Shown piece by piece: positions 55,731 through 64,000 of a stretch of 64,000 bases of DNA. Positions within the stretch are counted from its first letter, which is position 1; each line of letters begins with the position of its first letter. The translations under genes and the position numbers were made by a program. The DNA comes from the human T2T-CHM13v2.0 reference genome, Homo sapiens. The stretch lies in NCBI RefSeq assembly GCF_009914755.1, contig NC_060927.1; one strand, given 5' to 3'. The notes beneath the pieces are model-generated. The model saw only the letters and a list, made by a program, of their open reading frames with translations. It ran no database searches and was not told where the DNA came from.

Positions 55731-56004
55731 ACAGTGCTGTGCCCTGAGGTGATACAGAAGTGTTAAAGCAGGCCTGTTCACTCTGATAGCTGAAAAGTCC
55801 ACTGGGTTGAGATGGACTTGGACTCAAGTGTCTGTAAAGCCAAGCAGAATAAATGTGAAATGAAGTGATTTTGAAAAGATGTTGGGGAAGTACAGGGGTA
55901 AGGAAGATTAATTCCAAATAGAAGGCACAGAATGGTTTTGCCAATGAATTGGATTTTAAAATACAAAGAATGAAAGAAAACACATTTCAGGCAGAGAAAC
56001 TAGT

Positions 56005-57310
56005 TTTCCCTTGAGTAAGTACAGCTTTGGTCACTTCACTTAGGTTTGGATGTATAGTGTTTTTGTTGTTAATTTCAAGTAATTAGTAACTTTAGTTTTA
56101 ATTTTCTCATTGGCTCATGACTTATTTAATAGTTGTCAGAATCTTTAATTTGTTAGTTTTGTGTTATTTAATAAGTTATTTTTATTTGTACTGCCTTTGG
56201 GTTGGAGAAAATAACTGAGTCATTAGTTTATGAATTTATTAAGGTTTTCTATGTGGCCTGTGAAATGACTGATTTTTATAAATGTTTCATGGATAGTTGA
56301 AGTGAATATTTAAATGTAGATGAATTTTCTAAAGAGTGAGTGTGAAGGTAGAAACTTGTTTATTAGATTATTTGAATCTTCACATATTTTTTCATTGTCT
56401 GATGAGCTAACAAATTATCACACAAGAATCTCCTACTTGTATTTTGGGTTCAAAGGCTTTTTCTCGTATTCTTGGTTTTTACTTCATGTAATTGATGATG
56501 TGTGTTTTGGTATATATAACTTTGTGATTATTATGTCTTCTTGGATTATACCTATTATCAATATAAAATATCCATCTTTGCTGTATTTTTTTTGCTTTAA
56601 ATTCACTCTGTTATGAATATTGTTAGAGCGAATTCAGTTTATATAACAGATAAATTGTTGCCCACATTTTTCTTTAGAGTTGTCTTTTATATTAACAGGT
56701 TTCTACTCCATCAGATGGTCTTTTAAACAATTTTACCAACAAACATTTATTTTGATTGCTCATATGATTGATTTTATTCCTGACATTTTATTTTGTGTTT
56801 TCTGATGCTTTTTTGGTATGTTTTCTTTTAGCCTCCTTTTCTTTCTTTGACTTTATTGATTTTTTAAAAATGCTTTAAAACTATATTTTCTTTCCTACTA
56901 GCAGCAGCCTTTTAATCAATACCTACATACTTTATCAATATTAAAAATGAAAATATCCATGGGCTCCAACCGAACAAGAAAACATATTTAACATGCTTTG
57001 ATTTATCCTTTTTATTCCCCTTCCTTCAGTGCTTCAAGTGTTTTATGGAAATAATATGAGATTTTATTTCCACATCATTATCTATATAGGTGTACTTTAC
57101 CTATACGTTTTGTCTCTTAAAAATATTATAATGTGGCTATATTTATAGCCACATTATAATAATTACATGTATTTAACTTTGAGTTTTACTGAGTTCATTG
57201 TTCACTACCATTTCTTGCCTGCTATACACTCCTTTCTTGAGTTTTTGTTTGAGTTAATTTCTCATTTCATCGCAGTATTTCAAGTAATTTTTCCAGAAAA
57301 TGTAAATGGG
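56005..57310 (-). mobile_element. Highly decayed L1M (L1ME-like) body
   Basis: T-rich sequence with antisense L1 endonuclease-region motifs (gaatttattaagg…tgtggcctg…gatttttataaatgtttcatg). Probably resumes at about 58130-58560. Confidence 0.55.
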
Positions 57311-57324
57311 TGAACAGTATGATG

Positions 57325-58130
57325 ATACTGTGTCATCAGTGACCTGCATATTGCTAAATCTAAATGATCAGTTCTTTGTCCTCACCTTTCTTAAGCTCTC
57401 AGTAGCAACTGGCAAATGATTACTTTCTTGTCTTCATTTGGCTTTTAAGATACCAGTTTCTTTTGGTTCTTTTAGCTCAATGGACACTATTTCTTGACTT
57501 GCTTTTGTTCATCTCCCCAGTTTCTTAATGTTAGGCTATCCCAGGGCTCGTTCCTCAACTCTCTTTTCTTCTGTTTACTTGTGTTCTCTAGGTGATTCCA
57601 TCTAGGTTCGTGGCTTTGCATGTCATCGGTATAAATCCAAAGTTTACATCTTTAGCTCAGACCTCTCCTGTGACTGCATGTTTCCCATTGTATACTTTAT
57701 ATCTGAGACTTAACATGCTCCAAAATGAAGTCCTGGTCTCCCCACCCAAACCTGAACTTTCCTAAATATTATTATCCATCTATTACTATTATAACATAGC
57801 CTCCTAGTTGGTTTCTCTACTTCCATCTTTGACCCTCCACACCCCATTCTCTGACACAGCAGCCAGTCAGCATCCATTTCTTCAAAGGTTCATGTTTTTA
57901 TAAGGGTCTACAGGATCTGCATCGACCTCACACTCTAAACTCATCTTCCCCTAAAATTCTCCTCCTCACCCAGTCATATTGGTCTACTTGCTATTCTTCC
58001 CTCACAGCAAGTGTTTATTTAAATGTCTTCACACATGCTGTTTCTTCTGTCTGAATGCCTTCCCCCAGATTTCTACACGGCTTCCTCCCCCACTTACTTC
58101 AGGACCCTGCGCATAGGTCACCTTATCTCA
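57325..58130 (+). mobile_element. L2a-like fragment
   Basis: tcatcagtgacctgcatattgctaaatctaaatgatcagttctttgtcctcacc…tagcctcctagttggt…tgctgtttcttctgtctgaatgcc. Confidence 0.8.
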
Positions 58131-59602
58131 AGCGCTTGAATATGCCTCATATGATGTAGCTCCTTGGTACATACTTGTTGATGTCTGTGGGGATAGGCAA
58201 AATGCCTTTTGTCATGTTTGGGTCTAGTATTTTACATCCTCATTCTTTTTTCTTAGAATTCTGATCAGACCAATTATTGAGAAGCTTTTGGGAAACACTG
58301 TTTATCTTTCCTCATAGGGTGTGGAAAATCTCTTCTGTGCTAGTTTTGGGTGCCAGGCAGCTTTGCATTATTTGTTTTTGCGTAAGTTGGTCTCATTTGT
58401 TCATTTTGTCAAAAAAATCCTTTTAAATTTCTGATTTATGGTTTCCTAATTTTTCAATGCTATATTTCTTTTTATAATTATTTTTGTTATTTCCATAGGA
58501 TTTTTGAGAAGGATGGGAGGTAAATGTGTAGGGCCAATTCTGAATCTTTAAAATAGAAATGCATAAAATGTGCTTGGCTCTGTTCATTCACAACCATACC
58601 TATCCATTTGAAAAATTAAGCATTTTTCTGTTTGTGTGTGTGTACGTATGTTTTAATTTATTGAGTCTGATTACAATGCCCACTTCTACATATAAATTTT
58701 CAGAGCCTCTTGTAATAGTTCCACAGCCCTAAAATTGGGAAACTATCTGCTATGAATATATAGCAGAAACATAGTCATTGGAAATGGTGGGCACATTGGT
58801 ATCCCTAAAGAGTAGAGTAAAATTCATTTTCATCTAAAGGAACCCAATCCTCTTGTTTCACATTTAGAAATCATCTTATGTCATTCCCTGTTCCTCTCAC
58901 AGAAAATTCAGAGTAAGGAACACAGGTGGAGAAGAAATGGGCAGGCAGCTTTGCAGAGATGTTATCAAGATAACATTTTTCTTCACATTCTGTAGACTCT
59001 AGAGAAATGGTTTACAAGAGAGCTTTAAAGGTATTGTTTTAACATACATATGAGCTGTACTTATGTATGACACCTATTTTACTTTTTCATTTTTGTTGTT
59101 ATTGTCAAAACAAGGCCAGTGTTTTTCTACATCGACTGAATTTCTGGACCCACTTCCCATTCAAACTGTTTTTTTGAAAAACAGTCTTATTAATTTTCTG
59201 TATATTTTGTTTTCTTTCCAACATTTTTAGATTCAACCATCAGACACAAATTTCTTTTTATATCTGCTTTGTTAGTTGTGGACATGCCTTTCTACCGTGT
59301 CCCTTGATACATACACCCATTAAGATGTTTATCTAGCTCGACTAACACTGAGTGCTGGAATCTGCAAAGTTACAGAATTGAGAGGATTTAGATCACATAT
59401 CATTTACTCTGAAAAGAAAGAAAGGGCACAGATTCTGGAAACAGACAAGTTTGAACCCAGCCCTGCTACCTATAAACTGACTTGTGGGACCTTAGATAAG
59501 GTACATATCTTTAAAAAGGTGGATAGTAATACACACCTTGTTAGATTGTTGTAGAGACAGTGATACGAAATCATTGCCCAAGGTTAGGTGTGGAATAGTA
59601 GC

Positions 59603-59638
59603 TGTGTCAGTCAGGGTTGTCCAAAGAAATAGAAGCAA

Positions 59639-59685
<47 letters not shown>

Positions 59686-59692
59686 GTGTGTA

Positions 59693-59731
<39 letters not shown>

Positions 59732-60076
59732 TAAGAGACTTATTCTAAGGAATTGGCTTATGTGATTGCGGGAGCTGGCAGATCAAATTCTGTGGGGCAG
59801 GCCAGCAGGCTGGAAATTCAAGTGGGATTTCTTTGTTACAGTCTTGAGTAAGAATTCCTTCTTCCCTAGGAAAACTCAATTTTTGCTGTTAATGCCTCCA
59901 ACTGATGGATAAGACTCACCCATATTATGGAAAGTAATAACTTTTACTTAAAATCATCTGATTGTGATATTGATCACATTCTCAAAATACCTTAAAAGCA
60001 ACATCTAGACTAATATTTGACCAAAACAACTGATCACCGTAGCCTTACCAAGTTTACATATAAAATATACCATCAA
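59603..60076 (-). mobile_element. MLT2D-like ERVL LTR containing a compound (TG)n (59641-59728), inserted in a MIR
   Basis: tgtgtcagtcagggtt…aaggaattggcttatgtgattgcgggagctggca…gggcaggccagcaggctggaaa…ccaagtttacatataaaatataccatca. Confidence 0.82.
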
Positions 60077-60139
60077 AATATTTAATAAATGGTAGCTATT
60101 ATTTTTAAAGATGGTATTTTCTATTACTTCAATTATTAT

Positions 60140-60330
60140 TATTTTATTCCATAAACATCTCTTGAGGATCTACCACATACCAGGCACTGTGCTAGGTATG
60201 TGTGTGTGCACACATGGAGGTGGGGGAAAGGGAGAGGGATAAAGGTGGATAAGTTATACCACTTGTTCTCTAGGCGTCTATATTCCAATGGAAGAGACAA
60301 GTCAAAGGGAAATGATAATAGGAATTATGG
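60140..60330 (-). mobile_element. L2 3'-end fragment
   Basis: gaggatctaccacataccaggcactgtgctagg. Confidence 0.55.
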
Positions 60331-61198
60331 ATAGATATATAATACTGTAAATTATATATTTATGCTTTTGTATTGTATTTATTTATATTGATACCTATAT
60401 TTATCTTGGTAAAATTCTGTCCATCTCTTCATCCTTCCATCCATTTATCCATCTAATCTGCAGGACCTTGTTTCCATTTTTGCCTTGAGTTGAAGGGAAG
60501 AGAAAAATTGTCTTGGATGAAACTACTCTGAATAAGCATTGGTTGATGTCAAGCAGGGGAATGAACCTCTACCATGATTATAATGAGTCAGGTAGCTTTG
60601 TTGTTTTATAAAGGTATTTCTAAAACCCTCTTCAGAAGCAATGCATAAGTAAAATAAGTTTTCTACGTGAACCAAGGCTAAAGCTCCACTCCCCTGCAGG
60701 TTTTGCGATTTTACTCTAGATAATATGTACTGTTTAATTATGGTTCATCCATATAATAAAATATTATGGGTCTGTTAAGTACTTTTAAAAGCATATATGA
60801 TGTTCTTTCAATTTGTTAGGTAGAGGACATGACTGTAAAATATTACTTAGTATAATCTTTATATGCATTGAAAAAGACTGGAAGAAAATACACCAAAAAC
60901 TTTACAGTAACTATTTTTGGACAGAGGGATTATGGTTGGTTTTGATTGATTGCTGTATATGTTTCTGTATTTCTCAAGTTTTCTAATTTGAATGTCCAAG
61001 TGTGGAAGAGGAACAGATGGTAAAGAGTATGGCTGTAGACTCTTGTATTGGGAAGATGAACTCAAGCAGGTGGGCCAAATTCTTATTGACCTTGCCTTGT
61101 TAAGGTATCAGTGCTACATTATTGATAGCTGCACTTATAACTAGATCTTCTATCATGTTCAATTGCAGTGTCTTATTATCATAGGCACATTATATTAT

Positions 61199-61276
61199 GG
61201 GGGGAAGAGGGAGAGAGAGAAAGAGAGAGGGAGGGAGTGAAGGAAGGAGAGATAGAGAGAGAGAGAGGGAGAGAGA
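61199..61276. repeat. GA-rich polypurine tract
   Basis: ggggaagagggagagagaga…gagagaggga. Confidence 0.9.
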
Positions 61277-62699
61277 AAATGAAATTATCTTTCACAATAT
61301 GAGAATCTATCTTTCACGATATGAGTGGCTCCCTATGCTATTCCTGGAGCCAGCCTGAGATGTGAGATGTGAACCTGCTGTTCCTCAGTTATATTGGTTG
61401 CCTTGTGTGTCTCATGTTGTGAGCCTCTTGCCATGCTGGGTGTGATTTTGGTGTTGAAAGATAAATGATTTTATAAAATATGATCCAACTTATTCATTTG
61501 GTTCACAGCAGAAAAATAAAGATCTGCTCTAGTACTGGAGGAGGGACTGGCTGAGTTGGACTCATTGAGCGATGTTACAATCTTTGTTTCCATGAACTTT
61601 TCTAAGGAATGTTAAGGGTAGTTTTGACTGTATGATTTGCTAATCCAACCTCATATATCTTTATTATACGAAATTTATTTTTGCATTTCCCTACCAGTTC
61701 CAATATATAAGTGTCTCTCTGAATAAATGTTCTTCCCATTGTGGCCCTACTTTGATACCACTATCTAATTATAGAGAGCATATTTTGCCAATGGTAATTC
61801 TTAATCTCATTATACTCTAACCTGAATTTGTTCATCTTGGAACATTATATTCTTACAGGTTGACACTGATTTATTGATAAGCTCTGAATATTAGCTTTCC
61901 AGTCTTTCAAATGCCCGTCTAATAGTTCTGAGATATATACTTTATTTAACTAGTTTTTTTGGTGATAGCCCCATCATTAAAGTTAAGCTTATATTAGATC
62001 AGTAAGTTTTAGGTCTAGGACTATCTTTGTTTAATACTTGTAATCAGAATCATAATCATAATATACTGATACTTTATATACATTGGAAGTGCCTTGTTTT
62101 AAGCGATTATAACAAGTGATTTTCGAGAGACAGATGCAGTTTATTTTAGTATACCAAAAGGAAGTCATCAAAATCTACAGATTGAAATACATCTAGCTTT
62201 TTATGTTATCTTTCATTAGTTCTTTCCCTTCCTTAGTTTAACACAGTTTTCTGTTCTTAAAATTCTAGTATTGGTTGACCCTATTCTCATTTGATTTTTG
62301 ATGGGAAAAGTAGAACTAGACAAAACATTTTTTTAAAAATCACATTTTTTTCTAAGACTTTTTTCTTTTTATTTGAATGCTTTACATTTTAATTGCTCAT
62401 TTAAACCTTTTAAAATCTTAGCCCTAGTTTTCCTTTATCCATCAGTTTTAGCCTTTCATTTCTATTGCTTCCTTTTGGGCTTCTATTCATTGAACAATTT
62501 CTAATTTTTACTAGTTTTCTTTCTTGCTATTTCCTGCCCTTTCTTAACATTATTATTATTATTTTTTTAGGAAAGACCATGTGTTCTGATTCTTTAAAAT
62601 TTTATATTTTTCCCTCGGTGCTTTTCTATTGGATTCTACAAATTGTATTTCTATAGGAGTGTTCATTTTAAAAAACAAGGTGAGGTGTCTGGATCAGTA

Positions 62700-63590
<891 letters not shown>

Positions 63591-64000
63591 TATGTGTTTT
63601 AGAAGCAGAATATGATACATACTTTAAAGCAACAAAAGCAGAGCTCCCTGGAACATGGAAGGCATGGAATATGGAAGGCAGTAGAAATACAAGTTTGAGA
63701 TAATATCTCAGACTACAAGAGTAGAACAGTAGCAGGGCTTTGTAAAAATATAGATAGTGAGAAATAAATAGTTTAGGATGAAGATTAAAGAAAACTTTCT
63801 TATCAATATTAATTCTGGTCTACGTATTTTCTGTTCATTGAAGCTACCTAGCTTTTTGAAAGTAGTTAAAACAAATCACATCCAAAACTAAGAATAACTA
63901 TGCAATTTATGTTCAGGAATTTATCATAACATTATTTTTAAAAATTTATGTGCATACATTTTTCTTTTTCTCTCAAGTTTATTTTTTATTTTCTGTGTAC

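Noticed and set aside
61286-61325. Short tandem duplications (period 22 here; also near 20116-20144, 37396-37438 and 43825-43870)
   Set aside because: Ordinary slippage duplications with no sign of function.

Overview
AT-rich catarrhine primate DNA (human-like; it carries AluY, AluS, AluJ and L1PA elements). I found no recognisable host protein-coding gene, RNA gene or CpG island. Roughly half the window is interspersed repeat: a full-length decayed L1PA7/8A-like element, a 5'-truncated L1PA15/16, a twin-primed L1PA, 13 Alus, about 14 MaLR/ERV LTRs, DNA-transposon MITEs and old L1M/L2/MIR/CR1 relics. The ORF-track entries are Alu/L1 fragments or chance ORFs. A strong minus-strand bias of LTRs and one good candidate 91-nt exon suggest the window is intron of a large plus-strand gene, which I cannot name. 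I found no convincing new biological system. The best unexplained structures are a 95-bp, 96%-identical inverted copy of a local L2 segment pasted into a MER21 LTR 1.9 kb away (a templated-insertion repair scar), a pre-miRNA-sized hairpin in unique sequence, a trimeric AluY and several perfect inverted repeats. Repeat subfamily calls come from remembered consensus sequences. Boundaries of old repeats are approximate.
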